DNA from: Minisyncoccota bacterium
GTDB taxonomy: Bacteria; Patescibacteriota; Minisyncoccia; Phycocordibacterales; DSPV01
Direction: 5' to 3'
Length of the DNA stretch: 64,000 nt
Assembly (NCBI GenBank): GCA_041662545.1
Contig: JBAZSH010000002.1
Coordinates: forward strand, 2,239 to 66,238
Position 1 is the stretch's first letter, and each line of letters opens with the position of its first letter. The notes beneath the pieces were generated by a model. The model was not told the origin of the DNA. It saw only the letters and a program-made list of their open reading frames with translations, and ran no database searches. Position numbers and translations under genes: made by a program. This document shows positions 43,025 to 52,460 of the stretch, in pieces.

Positions 43025-43960
43025 ATGGACGAACAAACACTGCTCAAATTTTGCGATGAAATTTACAAATTGAACGCTGCCCAAGCGAGCATTTTGCGCG
43101 ACGGACCGGATAATATTATCTGGACGTTGGAAACCAAGAGTGGCAAGAAATATGTCGCCCGGATAAGCAAGCGAGAATTAGGTAGCGACATCGCTTTTGA
43201 AGCGGAATGGCTGAAAGTTCTGTTGGCTGATGGTGTGCCAGTTGTTCCGATTATTGAAACCAGAGATAAAAAGCCGTTCGCGATTTTACCGACAGGAAAA
43301 GCCCTGACCGTTTTTGAATTCGTGAATGGTAAACATCTTTTGTTTGGCATTGACCAACCGCCACCACTTCCGGCAGTCAAGTCAGCTGCCGAGGCACTAG
43401 CGAAGCTTCACAATGCTTCTCTCCGACATAATGTGTCTTTGCCTCGTAAACGCACGATATTTACAGAATTGGAACGAGTAATGGAGAAGCAAAAAGAAAT
43501 TGAAGAAAAAGTGCTGGGTGGCAAAAAATTTGTCATTGAAGTGGAAAAAATTTTGACTTGGGGTAAAAATCAAAAGTTTACACCAGTTCTCGTTCACAAC
43601 GATTACCGCATCAGCAATCTTTTTTTTGGTGAGAATGATAAAGTCGCGGCAATTTTAGATTTTGACTGGAGTTGTGTTGGTTCAGCAGTCAAAGATGTCG
43701 CCCACACTCTCGTTGTGTGGTCTTTTCCTGATAGCGCCGAGCAACATTGGCGAGAGGTCTTTGATACTTTCTTGGACAACTACAATCGTTACGCCGAAGA
43801 AATTATCAAACATGACGATAATCTTAAAAACTGGATTTTGTTCAGCTGTCTTTCCGATACCGCCACTTACATCGTTGACCGTTTAGAACGTAATGAAATA
43901 AAGCTGGTCGCTGGGTCGTTTATGTATCAGAAATTCCAGTATTTTGAAAAAAACTTATAA
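43025..43960 (+). CDS. aminoglycoside/choline/homoserine-kinase-type phosphotransferase (APH family)
   Basis: Brenner motif VLVHNDYRISNLFF and ILDFDWSC metal-binding Asp. Confidence 0.7.
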   Translation: MDEQTLLKFCDEIYKLNAAQASILRDGPDNIIWTLETKSGKKYVARISKRELGSDIAFEAEWLKVLLADGVPVVPIIETRDKKPFAILPTGKALTVFEFVNGKHLLFGIDQPPPLPAVKSAAEALAKLHNASLRHNVSLPRKRTIFTELERVMEKQKEIEEKVLGGKKFVIEVEKILTWGKNQKFTPVLVHNDYRISNLFFGENDKVAAILDFDWSCVGSAVKDVAHTLVVWSFPDSAEQHWREVFDTFLDNYNRYAEEIIKHDDNLKNWILFSCLSDTATYIVDRLERNEIKLVAGSFMYQKFQYFEKNL

Positions 43961-43993
43961 AATCATTCCGACATTCTCAAGAATATAAGAATA

Positions 43994-44491
43994 TCATCTA
44001 ATCTCTAATCCTCGTGAAAATTCTAAAGCTTGGTCCATAATTCTGTCGCCGATTGCGCCCCAGTCAAAATACTTTTTGTAATCACTCGGTTCAATTAGTT
44101 TTATTTTGGTAACATCTCCGTCCGGATCATTTTCAAATTTTCCAATTGGCTCAACAAAACATACCGATCTTGTTTGAGTCACAATCTCTTTCGGCTCAAA
44201 AACATCTTGATAACCGATGAGTTTTTGTTTGATGACTCGCATATTGGTTTCTTCTTTTACTTCCCGAATTACAGCATCTTCAATACTTTCACCTTTTTCT
44301 ACCGCGCCGCCCGGCGGCGTCCAGTAACCTTTTTTTTCCGAAAACACGACAACCAATTTGTCGCCGTAAAAACAAAAGGCGCTCACGCTGTCCACCTTCT
44401 TTCCATTTAGTTCCGCCAGCGATTTAATGTCGTGATAAATCACTGGGTACATCTGCCCCCGCAAATTTTTCAAAGTTGATTTGATTTCCAT
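43994..44491 (-). CDS. Nudix hydrolase
   Basis: PPGGAVEKGESIEDAVIREVKEETN; true start may be internal Met (44452). Confidence 0.8.
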   Translation of the reverse strand: MEIKSTLKNLRGQMYPVIYHDIKSLAELNGKKVDSVSAFCFYGDKLVVVFSEKKGYWTPPGGAVEKGESIEDAVIREVKEETNMRVIKQKLIGYQDVFEPKEIVTQTRSVCFVEPIGKFENDPDGDVTKIKLIEPSDYKKYFDWGAIGDRIMDQALEFSRGLEIR

Positions 44492-44933
44492 ATTTGTTTA
44501 TTAAATCTATCACAGTTTTGACGGCGGGCGAACGGTAGGGTGGGATGTCGGCAAGGAAAAACCACTTGGCTTCTTTTATCTCGTCATTGTCAATTTGATG
44601 AGTGAAATTTGGTGTTTCGGAAAAGTAACAATAGACCGTGTCTTTTTTGTATTGTCTGTTGGAATGAAATTCGCCGAGATATTTTAGCGTTGGAACCACC
44701 ACACCGACTTCTTCCAAGGTTTCGCGGCGGGCGGCGGCTTCTGGGGCTTCGCCTCTCTTAACGCCGCCGCCCGGAAAAGTCCAATGTTTTTTGCCGTAGG
44801 AATTACGAATCAGCAAAAACTTTCCCTCGCACCGCAAAATTACTTTTACGCCAAAAGTTTTTGGCCGAAAGACAAACCAATAGATTTTTCTCAGGGGATT
44901 AAAGAGATTGTAAAATATTTGTTTGAGAGTCAT
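44424..44933 (-). CDS. Nudix hydrolase
   Basis: FPGGGVKRGEAPEAAARRETLEEVG. Confidence 0.8.
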   Translation of the reverse strand: MTLKQIFYNLFNPLRKIYWFVFRPKTFGVKVILRCEGKFLLIRNSYGKKHWTFPGGGVKRGEAPEAAARRETLEEVGVVVPTLKYLGEFHSNRQYKKDTVYCYFSETPNFTHQIDNDEIKEAKWFFLADIPPYRSPAVKTVIDLINKYGNQINFEKFAGADVPSDLSRH

Positions 44934-44936
44934 TTT

Positions 44937-45237
44937 TAATTCATCTTTAGTACCTTTTCATAAATTTCCTGGCCGGAAATTTTGAGATTATTTTCCTGAC
45001 GATATTTTTTGAGATGGAGAATTTCTTCGCGCTGTTCGGGTGTGATGTCGGCTTTAGTGATATCAAAATGTTCTCGGTCGAATTTTTCCTGCTCGGTCTT
45101 GCTTACTAACCAAATGTCAATTTTCCATTTTTCATCGGCAAACCAAATTTTTCCAAGACCGGAATCAGCCCAGATTTGGCCAATAACTCATCTGCCATTT
45201 TTTTGTATTTTTTGCTTTCCTCAAGAAGTGAGTTCAT
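44937..45237 (-). pseudogene. small hypothetical gene with frameshift in A-run (about 45121-45132)
   Basis: N-terminal 45 codons (MNSLLEESKKYKKMADELLAKSGLIPVLEKFG...) stop after ...KLTFG; +1 frame continues DIWLVSKTEQEKF...EIYEKVLKMN to stop at 44937. Confidence 0.35.
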
Positions 45238-45303
45238 AAATCCAATCCTACCACCAACTGTTGAAAAATTGAAATTGGGGGGCAAAAGCTGTAAGCTTGT
45301 CTT

Positions 45304-46275
45304 ATGAAATTAAGTATAGGGATTGTCGGATTGCCGAATGTGGGGAAGTCCACGCTTTTCAATGCGCTGACGAAAAAAAGCGTGCCGGCGGAAAATTATC
45401 CGTTTTGTACCATTGACCCGTCAGTGGGCGTGGTGGCAGTGCCGGATCCGCGACTTCAACAATTATTAGAATTTTCCCATTCGGCAAAAACCGTGCCGGC
45501 GGCGGTGGAATTTGTGGACATTGCCGGTTTGGTTAAGGGTGCGGCGGAAGGGCAGGGGCTGGGCAATAAATTTTTGTCGCATATTCGCGAAGTGGATGCC
45601 ATTGCCGAAGTGGTGCGGATTTTTTCCGATGACAAAATTATTCATGTGGATAATAAAATTGATCCACTAAATGATATCGGCGTAATCAATTTGGAATTAG
45701 TGCTGGCGGATTTGGAAACCGTAACAAAACGATTGGCTTCAATTTTGAAAGATGTCAAGGCTCACAAGAAAGAGGCAATTTTGGAAGAAGGTTTGCTCCA
45801 GCGGGTGCGTAAAATTTTGGAGGAAGGAAAATTGGTAAACGGCATATCGTTGCACGACGATGAAAAACCAGTTTTGAAACAACTAAATTTATTGACCGTT
45901 AAACCGATTTTATATGTTTTAAATTCTTCGGAAGCCGGGGAAAATAACGAGACCGTTTTATCCAAAATTCCCGGCGCCTATGTGAAAGTGGATCCGGTTT
46001 TTGAAAAGGGTTTGGACGATTTGATTAAGAAAGGTTACGAAGTTTTAGATTTGATAACTTTTTTCACCACCGGCGAAGACGAAACGCGAGCTTGGACCAT
46101 CAAACGCGGTTCCACAGCGCCGGAAGCCGGCGCCGCCATTCATACTGATTTCCGAGACAAATTCATCAAAGCCGAAGTGATTGAATGGGAAAAGTTACTC
46201 GCAAAAGATCTGACGCGAACTGAGGGAAAAGGATATGTTGTGAAAGATGGGGATGTTATAGAGTTCAAAATATAA
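45304..46275 (+). CDS. ychF: ribosome-binding ATPase YchF (Obg-like)
   Basis: [19 protein letters not shown]1 motif, TGS C-terminal domain. Confidence 0.9.
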   Translation: MKLSIGIVGLPNVGKSTLFNALTKKSVPAENYPFCTIDPSVGVVAVPDPRLQQLLEFSHSAKTVPAAVEFVDIAGLVKGAAEGQGLGNKFLSHIREVDAIAEVVRIFSDDKIIHVDNKIDPLNDIGVINLELVLADLETVTKRLASILKDVKAHKKEAILEEGLLQRVRKILEEGKLVNGISLHDDEKPVLKQLNLLTVKPILYVLNSSEAGENNETVLSKIPGAYVKVDPVFEKGLDDLIKKGYEVLDLITFFTTGEDETRAWTIKRGSTAPEAGAAIHTDFRDKFIKAEVIEWEKLLAKDLTRTEGKGYVVKDGDVIEFKI

Positions 46276-46280
46276 CGCAA

Positions 46281-46308
46281 AATCCGCCGATGAGGCGGAT
46301 TTTAGCGA
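46281..46308 (+). terminator. terminator hairpin after ychF
   Basis: aatccgccgatgaggcggatt + TTTAG. Confidence 0.5.
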
Positions 46309-46620
46309 TCTACATCTCGCGTCTATAAGCCGAATTCTGTATTCCGATTTTTACATCGGAACGATGGCCATTTATCTAGCCCCGATGTTGCCAGCGGGGT
46401 CAAGCGGCACTTCCCCCGCCGAGGCGGGGGACACGGCCTTGCAGCCAGGTAAGGATTTAGCACGTTTCAGCCGGACTTAACCGGGTCGTTTCTGTTCGCA
46501 CCTCGTGGATTACTCCAGACGGGCGTTACCCGCTACCCTTTTATCTCCCGCTTAGCGGGAGAAGCAGTTCGGACTTTCCTCTCTCCGCCTAAGGCGGAGA
46601 GCAGCCATCCAACGCGAAAC
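46308..46620 (-). ncRNA. rnpB: RNase P RNA (bacterial type, reduced)
   Basis: reverse strand shows P3 hairpin ctctccgccttaggcggagag followed by P4 AGGAAAGTCCG, AAGGGTAGCGGGTAACGCCCG (J11/12-like GGTAACGCC), and 3' P4 strand ACAGAATTCGGCTTAT; local GC-rich island in AT-rich genome. Confidence 0.8.
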
Positions 46621-46689
46621 TATCAATAACCTACCACAAAAAACAAGAATGCGCTATACTTCAACTAATTAAAAGTTAACTAAAAAACT

Positions 46690-47655
46690 ATGGACAAAAT
46701 CAAAACGACTCCAAAAGATTTCTTTTTGCAACTTGGTGTGATGGTGACGCTTTATGTTTCGGTTATTAGTTTAATCAATCTTTTGTTTCAAACGATTAAT
46801 TATGCTTTTCCCGACGCACTGGCTTATTATGGCGACCCGTATTCCAGCGGCATTCGGATTGCTATTGCTTCGCTACTCATCATCTTTCCACTTTTTATTG
46901 TCCTCTCTTATTTTGCCGGGAAAGATATGCGCCAGACACCAGAGAAACGCGAACTACCAGTTCGAAAATGGCTGATTTACCTGACCTTGTTCGTTGCTGG
47001 TGTCGCGGCAGTAATTGATCTGATTGTGCTTATCAACACTTTCCTCGGGGGGGAAATTACTACTCGCTTTTCACTTAAAGTGCTGGTGGTGTTGGTAGTG
47101 GCTGGCGGTGTTTTTGGTTACTTTATATATGATTTGAAAAAGGCGAATGCCCTAGCGCGACAGGATAAACTTTTCGCTTGGCTGGCGGCAATCGTGGTGC
47201 TCGTGTCTATCATTGGCGGTTTTCTTATTATGGGTACACCAGGTGAAGCGCGTGCTCAGCGATTTGATGATCAGCGTGTTTCCGACTTACAAAACATCCA
47301 ATGGCAAATGGTAAATTTTTGGCAACTAAAACAAAAACTACCAGCGACACTCGCCGAACTTGAAGACCCGATTTCTGGTTTTAGAATTCCAGTTGATCCC
47401 GACACCAATACAACTTATGAATATTCTGTAACTGGCCAAACCTCTTTCAGTTTGTGCGCGACATTTTCACGCGATAATGTGGGTGAAGTAGCGAAGCTTA
47501 CCGGCCGCACGATAGCGCCAGTGTCAGTACCAGAAACATTACCTGTTAAGATTGGTGGCCTAGCTGATAATTGGGAACACGCTGCCGGCAAAGTTTGCTT
47601 TACTCGCACCATTGATCCAGAAAAATATCCCCCCATCAAGCAAATAAAATATTAG
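46690..47655 (+). CDS. hypothetical integral membrane protein
   Basis: 321 aa, 5-6 predicted TM helices. Confidence 0.5.
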   Translation: MDKIKTTPKDFFLQLGVMVTLYVSVISLINLLFQTINYAFPDALAYYGDPYSSGIRIAIASLLIIFPLFIVLSYFAGKDMRQTPEKRELPVRKWLIYLTLFVAGVAAVIDLIVLINTFLGGEITTRFSLKVLVVLVVAGGVFGYFIYDLKKANALARQDKLFAWLAAIVVLVSIIGGFLIMGTPGEARAQRFDDQRVSDLQNIQWQMVNFWQLKQKLPATLAELEDPISGFRIPVDPDTNTTYEYSVTGQTSFSLCATFSRDNVGEVAKLTGRTIAPVSVPETLPVKIGGLADNWEHAAGKVCFTRTIDPEKYPPIKQIKY

Positions 47656-47661
47656 AAACTT

Positions 47662-50046
47662 ATGAAGCAGTACGACCACAAGAAGATAGAAAAGAAGTGG
47701 CAGAAGTTTTGGGAAAAAGAAAAACTCTGGCAGGCCAAAGACAAAGACAAAAAACCGAAATTTTACGGCTTAATTGAGTTTCCTTATCCTTCTGGTGAGG
47801 GTCTTCATGTTGGCCACATTCGTTCCAATACAGCCATGGATATCATTTGTCGCAAACGCTGGATGGAAGGTTTTAATGTGCTTTATCCGATTGGCTGGGA
47901 TGCCTTCGGTTTGCCTACCGAAAATTATGCTATAAAAACCGGAATTCATCCGATTAAAGTTACCAAACAAAATACTGACACTTTTCGCCGTCAGTTAAAA
48001 GAACTTGGTTTTTCTTTTGATTGGTCACGAGAAATAAATACCACTGATCCGAAATATTATAAATGGACACAGTGGATTTTCTTGCAACTCTATAAGCACG
48101 GCTTGGCCTATAAAAAAAAGATGCCGATAAATTGGTGTCCGAAAGACAAAATCGGTTTGGCAAACGAAGAAGTGGTTGATGGCTGTTGCGAACGCTGCGG
48201 AACGCCGGTGGAAAAACGCGAAAAAGAGCAATGGATGCTCGCCATCACAAAGTATGCCGACCGATTAGATAAAGATTTGGATTTAGTGGACTTTTTGGAA
48301 AAAATAAAAATTCAACAGAGAAATTGGATAGGTAAAAGCGAGGGAGCGGAAATAGAATTTGGAATCAAGAATCAAGAATCAAAAATAAAAGTATTCACCA
48401 CAAGAGCCGACACACTTTTTGGAGCGACATACTTAGTGCTCGCGCCCGAACATAAGTTATTAATGAATAATGAATTAGGAATTAGGAATTATGGTGAAGT
48501 CAAAAAATACATTGAGACAGCGCAAAACAAAACAGAAATAGAAAGAACGGCGGAAGGCAAAGAAAAAACTGGAGTAAAACTTGACGGAGTGACAGCCATC
48601 AATCCAGCGAATAATGAAGAAATTCCAATTTTTGTAGCTGACTATGTTTTACCTGATTACGGTACCGGCGCCATTATGGCCGTGCCGGCGCACGATGAAC
48701 GGGATTTTGCTTTCGCGAAAAAATATAATTTACTGATAAAAGAAGTTATTACTGGTGGTAATGTTTCAGAAACAGCTTATATTGGGGAAGGCAAATTATT
48801 AAACTCCGGAAAGTTTGATGGAATGGAGAGTAAAGAAGCGGCGAAAGCGATTACGGAATTTGTTGGTGGAAAAATTACTACCAAATTCAAACTTCGCGAC
48901 TGGATTTTTTCCCGCCAACATTATTGGGGCGAGCCGATTCCAGTGGTGTTTTGCGAAAAGTGTGGAGTAGTTACTGTGCCAGAAAAAGATTTGCCAGTAA
49001 AGTTACCAATGGTAGAAAAATACCAACCGACCGATACGGGGGAATCGCCATTGGCAGCGATTACAAAATGGGTAAATGTAAAATGCCCGAAATGTGGTGG
49101 TCCAGCGAAACGCGAAACCGATACCATGCCCAATTGGGCCGGCAGTTCCTGGTATTACTTGCGCTATATTGATCCTAAAAATTCCAAAGAATTTGCCGAC
49201 CGGAAAAAATTGGATTATTGGACTCCGGTGGATTGGTATAACGGTGGAATGGAACACACAACCCTTCACCTTTTGTATTCCCGATTTTGGCACAAGTTTC
49301 TGTTTGATCTCGGTTTAGTGCCGACTTCTGAACCATACAAAAAACGCACTTCGCACGGACTGATTCTGGCTGAAGGTGGGGTAAAAATGTCAAAGTCAAA
49401 AGGTAATGTTATCAATCCGGATGATTTGGTAAAACGCTTTGGCGCCGACGCTTTGCGCATTTACGAAATGTTTATGGGGCCGTTTGATCAAGCAATTGCA
49501 TGGAACACCGACGGCCTAGTAGGTACGCGACGATTTTTGGAAAAGGTGTGGAGAATTGGACAGAAACCAACAACTGAAAACCGACAACTTATCACCTTAC
49601 TTCACCAAACAATTAAGAAAGTTACCGAAGATATTGAAACAATGCGGTTTAACACGGCGATTTCAGCACTGATGATTTTAACCAACGAAATGGACAAATT
49701 GGAAAAAGTGGCGAAAGAGGATTTTGAAATTTTACTCCGCTTGTTGGCACCATTCGCACCGCATATTACTGAAGAGCTTTGGCACGAGCTCGGACATAGG
49801 GATTCTATCCACCTCGCTATCTGGCCCAAACATGATGTCGACAAAATTCAAGCAAGCAGTGTCAAAATTGTTATTCAAGTGAATGGAAAAACGCGCGGGA
49901 CCCTTGAAATAGGCCGTAATTTGACACAAACTGAAATTGAAAAACAAGCCGCTGACCTACCCGAAATTGCCAAATGGTTAGTCGGCAAGAGTGTTAAAAA
50001 AATTATTTTTGTTCCCACTCGGTTGCTTAATTTTGTTGTCGCTTGA
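47662..50046 (+). CDS. leuS: leucyl-tRNA synthetase
   Basis: HVGH (HIGH) and KMSKS motifs, editing domain, Zn-binding Cys pairs. Confidence 0.95.
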   Translation: MKQYDHKKIEKKWQKFWEKEKLWQAKDKDKKPKFYGLIEFPYPSGEGLHVGHIRSNTAMDIICRKRWMEGFNVLYPIGWDAFGLPTENYAIKTGIHPIKVTKQNTDTFRRQLKELGFSFDWSREINTTDPKYYKWTQWIFLQLYKHGLAYKKKMPINWCPKDKIGLANEEVVDGCCERCGTPVEKREKEQWMLAITKYADRLDKDLDLVDFLEKIKIQQRNWIGKSEGAEIEFGIKNQESKIKVFTTRADTLFGATYLVLAPEHKLLMNNELGIRNYGEVKKYIETAQNKTEIERTAEGKEKTGVKLDGVTAINPANNEEIPIFVADYVLPDYGTGAIMAVPAHDERDFAFAKKYNLLIKEVITGGNVSETAYIGEGKLLNSGKFDGMESKEAAKAITEFVGGKITTKFKLRDWIFSRQHYWGEPIPVVFCEKCGVVTVPEKDLPVKLPMVEKYQPTDTGESPLAAITKWVNVKCPKCGGPAKRETDTMPNWAGSSWYYLRYIDPKNSKEFADRKKLDYWTPVDWYNGGMEHTTLHLLYSRFWHKFLFDLGLVPTSEPYKKRTSHGLILAEGGVKMSKSKGNVINPDDLVKRFGADALRIYEMFMGPFDQAIAWNTDGLVGTRRFLEKVWRIGQKPTTENRQLITLLHQTIKKVTEDIETMRFNTAISALMILTNEMDKLEKVAKEDFEILLRLLAPFAPHITEELWHELGHRDSIHLAIWPKHDVDKIQASSVKIVIQVNGKTRGTLEIGRNLTQTEIEKQAADLPEIAKWLVGKSVKKIIFVPTRLLNFVVA

Positions 50047-50105
50047 CTTAAAAACTCAATGATGATAATACTATGTCATTAAAGTCATTAAAAACAGAGT
50101 TTTAG

Positions 50106-51173
50106 TTGATTAAAAATAACATGGCGACTAATACAAATTTGAATTTCAAACCCAAACAAATCACCAAGCGATTGCTGGCGGTTTTACCGACTCGTGCTCG
50201 CGATGTTATTTCCTGCCGATTTGGGCTAGGTGATAATCCAGAACGAATGACTTTGGAATCCATCGGTAAAAAATATGGCATTACCAGAGAGCGCGTTCGT
50301 CAGATTGAAAATTATGCCATTGGTAATATTAGAAAAGCCGATCAATTTGCCAAAGAGAAACCCTCCTTTGATGACTTGGAAAAAATGATTCACAAATTGG
50401 GTGGTATCGTTTCTGAAGAAGTTTTGCTTAATCACATTGCCAAAGATAAGAGCACTCAGAATCATACCAGTTTTCTTTTGGTTTTGGGCGATCCTTTTAA
50501 AAGAGAAAAAGAAGATGACGAATTTCATCACCGTTGGTATGTGGATAAAAGTTTGTCCGAAAAAGTCCACGAATCATTGCGTAAGCTTTACAAAAATATT
50601 GGCGACGATGATTTGGTACCAGAGGCGGAAATTGTTGCTTCCTTTTTGGAACATACTAAGGATGTTTCCGAACAATATAAAAATGAAGAAATTGCCAAAC
50701 GCTGGCTTTCTATCTCTAAAAATATCGGCAAAAATCCTTTGGGCGAATGGGGCAAGACCAGTTCGTCAAACATTAGCGCCAAGGGTGTCCGCGATTACGC
50801 CTTTTTGGTAATTCGCCGCCACGGTTCGCCGATTCACTTCAAAGAAGTAGCTAAAGCGATTGAGAAACTTTTTGGCCGCAAAGCTCATGTGGCCACCACC
50901 CATAATGAATTGATTAAAGACAAACGGTTTGTTTTGGTGGGTCGTGGACTTTATGCTTTGACCGAGTGGGGCTATGTGCCGGGCGTGGTTAAAGATGTGA
51001 TTCGTTATGTTTTGAGTAAAAACGGTCCACTAAGCAAGGAACAAATAATTGAAAAGGTTTTGAAAGAACGCTATGTCAAAGAAAACACCATTCTTGTTAA
51101 TCTTCAAAATCCTAAATATTTCAAGCGCGACAGAGATGGCAAATATGCCGCTGTCCCCCAGTTGGAGAAATAA
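50106..51173 (+). CDS. protein with N-terminal sigma-70 region-4-like HTH and C-terminal HARE-HTH-like domain
   Basis: SCRFGLGDNPERMTLESIGKKYGITRERVRQIENYAIGNIRK (sigma r4 pattern); C-terminal GSPIHFKEVAKAIEKLFGRK...DKRFVLVGRGLYALTEWGY (RpoE-delta/HARE-HTH pattern). Confidence 0.5.
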   Translation: MIKNNMATNTNLNFKPKQITKRLLAVLPTRARDVISCRFGLGDNPERMTLESIGKKYGITRERVRQIENYAIGNIRKADQFAKEKPSFDDLEKMIHKLGGIVSEEVLLNHIAKDKSTQNHTSFLLVLGDPFKREKEDDEFHHRWYVDKSLSEKVHESLRKLYKNIGDDDLVPEAEIVASFLEHTKDVSEQYKNEEIAKRWLSISKNIGKNPLGEWGKTSSSNISAKGVRDYAFLVIRRHGSPIHFKEVAKAIEKLFGRKAHVATTHNELIKDKRFVLVGRGLYALTEWGYVPGVVKDVIRYVLSKNGPLSKEQIIEKVLKERYVKENTILVNLQNPKYFKRDRDGKYAAVPQLEK

Positions 51174-51212
51174 ATTTTTGGTATTGTAAGTTGGATATTG
51201 TATAATATCCAG

Positions 51213-52460
51213 ATGATCAAGGATTTGTTTGTTCAGTTCTACGGCCAGACGGGATTACAGGTAATTTCCTTTATTGTTAGTAGCGCAATCTATTGGTTGC
51301 CGCCAGTTTTGGCTTATGTGCTTTTGAAGGCCTGGACTTCTTATGTTCGATTGGATTATCTCTACAACGAGAAATATCTTTTGTTGGAAATAAAATTACC
51401 ACGGGAATTGACCAAGTCGCCGCAGGCGATGGAGATTTTTTTCTCCTCACTTTTTTACGAAGGCGGCGAGTCCACTTTTATTGATCGAGGTTGGGCTGGT
51501 AAAACTCGTCCGTGGTGGTCCTTGGAATTGGTGTCGTTGGAGGGCCAGGTTCACTTTTACATTTGGACACGAGCATTTTTCAAAAACATGATTCAGGCGC
51601 AGATTTACGCTCAATATCCGTCAGTAGAGATTCATGAAGCTGATGATTATACTCGAGGTGTTTATTATAACAACAAGACAATGTCAATGTGGGGTTGTTA
51701 TTTTCGTAAAGATCCTAAAAAACCTTATGCCTATCCGATAAAAACTTATATTGATTACGGTCTTGATAAAACCAGTGTGGAAGAAGAAGAAAAAATTGAC
51801 CCGATGGCGGCGGTCTTGGAATATTTAAGTTCCGTCGGTAAAGGCGAACAGATTTGGCTTCAGATTATTGTTCGGGCGCATCGCAAAGAGCGACCAATTC
51901 CCGATTTAGTGTTTAACAAAACTGACTGGAAAGATGCCGCCAAGATAGAAATTGATAAATTAATGAAACGCGATAAAAAACCAAAGAAAGGTGAAAAAGA
52001 AACAATAAACTTCGGTGAATTTTTATTAACCAAGGGCGAAAGGTCTTTGGTGGAAGCGATGGAGCGCAACACTAGCAAATTGCCGTTTGACTGTGGTATT
52101 CGCGGTATGTATATAGCAAAAAATGAGAACTTCAATGCCATTGCCATTCCCGGTTTGATCGGTAGTTTTCGCCAATACAGTGCCAGGGATTTGAATGCCA
52201 TAGCTTTTTATGATTGGACCGATTATGATTATCCATGGCAGGATTTTCGCAATATGCGCAAAGATTATATGAAGAGGAAAATTCTCGCCGCCTATAAAGA
52301 ACGGTCTTTTTTCCATCTACCTTACAAGAAAAAGCCTTTCGTTTTGAGTAGCGAGGAATTGGCGACGATTTTCCATTTGCCGGGTAAGGCGGTTGAGACA
52401 CCTTCACTAAATCGGGTAGTTTCCCGCAAGGCCGAAGCACCCGCCAACTTGCCGGTATGA
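51213..52460 (+). CDS. hypothetical protein (N-terminal TM); probably leaderless, ATG 6 nt after TGTATAAT
   Basis: 415-aa ORF; track start MYNIQ lies inside -10 box. Confidence 0.5.
   Translation: MIKDLFVQFYGQTGLQVISFIVSSAIYWLPPVLAYVLLKAWTSYVRLDYLYNEKYLLLEIKLPRELTKSPQAMEIFFSSLFYEGGESTFIDRGWAGKTRPWWSLELVSLEGQVHFYIWTRAFFKNMIQAQIYAQYPSVEIHEADDYTRGVYYNNKTMSMWGCYFRKDPKKPYAYPIKTYIDYGLDKTSVEEEEKIDPMAAVLEYLSSVGKGEQIWLQIIVRAHRKERPIPDLVFNKTDWKDAAKIEIDKLMKRDKKPKKGEKETINFGEFLLTKGERSLVEAMERNTSKLPFDCGIRGMYIAKNENFNAIAIPGLIGSFRQYSARDLNAIAFYDWTDYDYPWQDFRNMRKDYMKRKILAAYKERSFFHLPYKKKPFVLSSEELATIFHLPGKAVETPSLNRVVSRKAEAPANLPV

Noticed and set aside
45009-45239. Plus-strand 76-aa ORF
   Set aside because: Antisense to a minus-strand gene with better start context; no RBS.
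48362-48490. Heptamer tandem repeats (gaatcaa x3; gaattag x2-3) inside leuS
   Set aside because: In-frame low-complexity coding within the LeuRS editing-domain region; unit lengths and context do not suggest a regulatory or mobile element.
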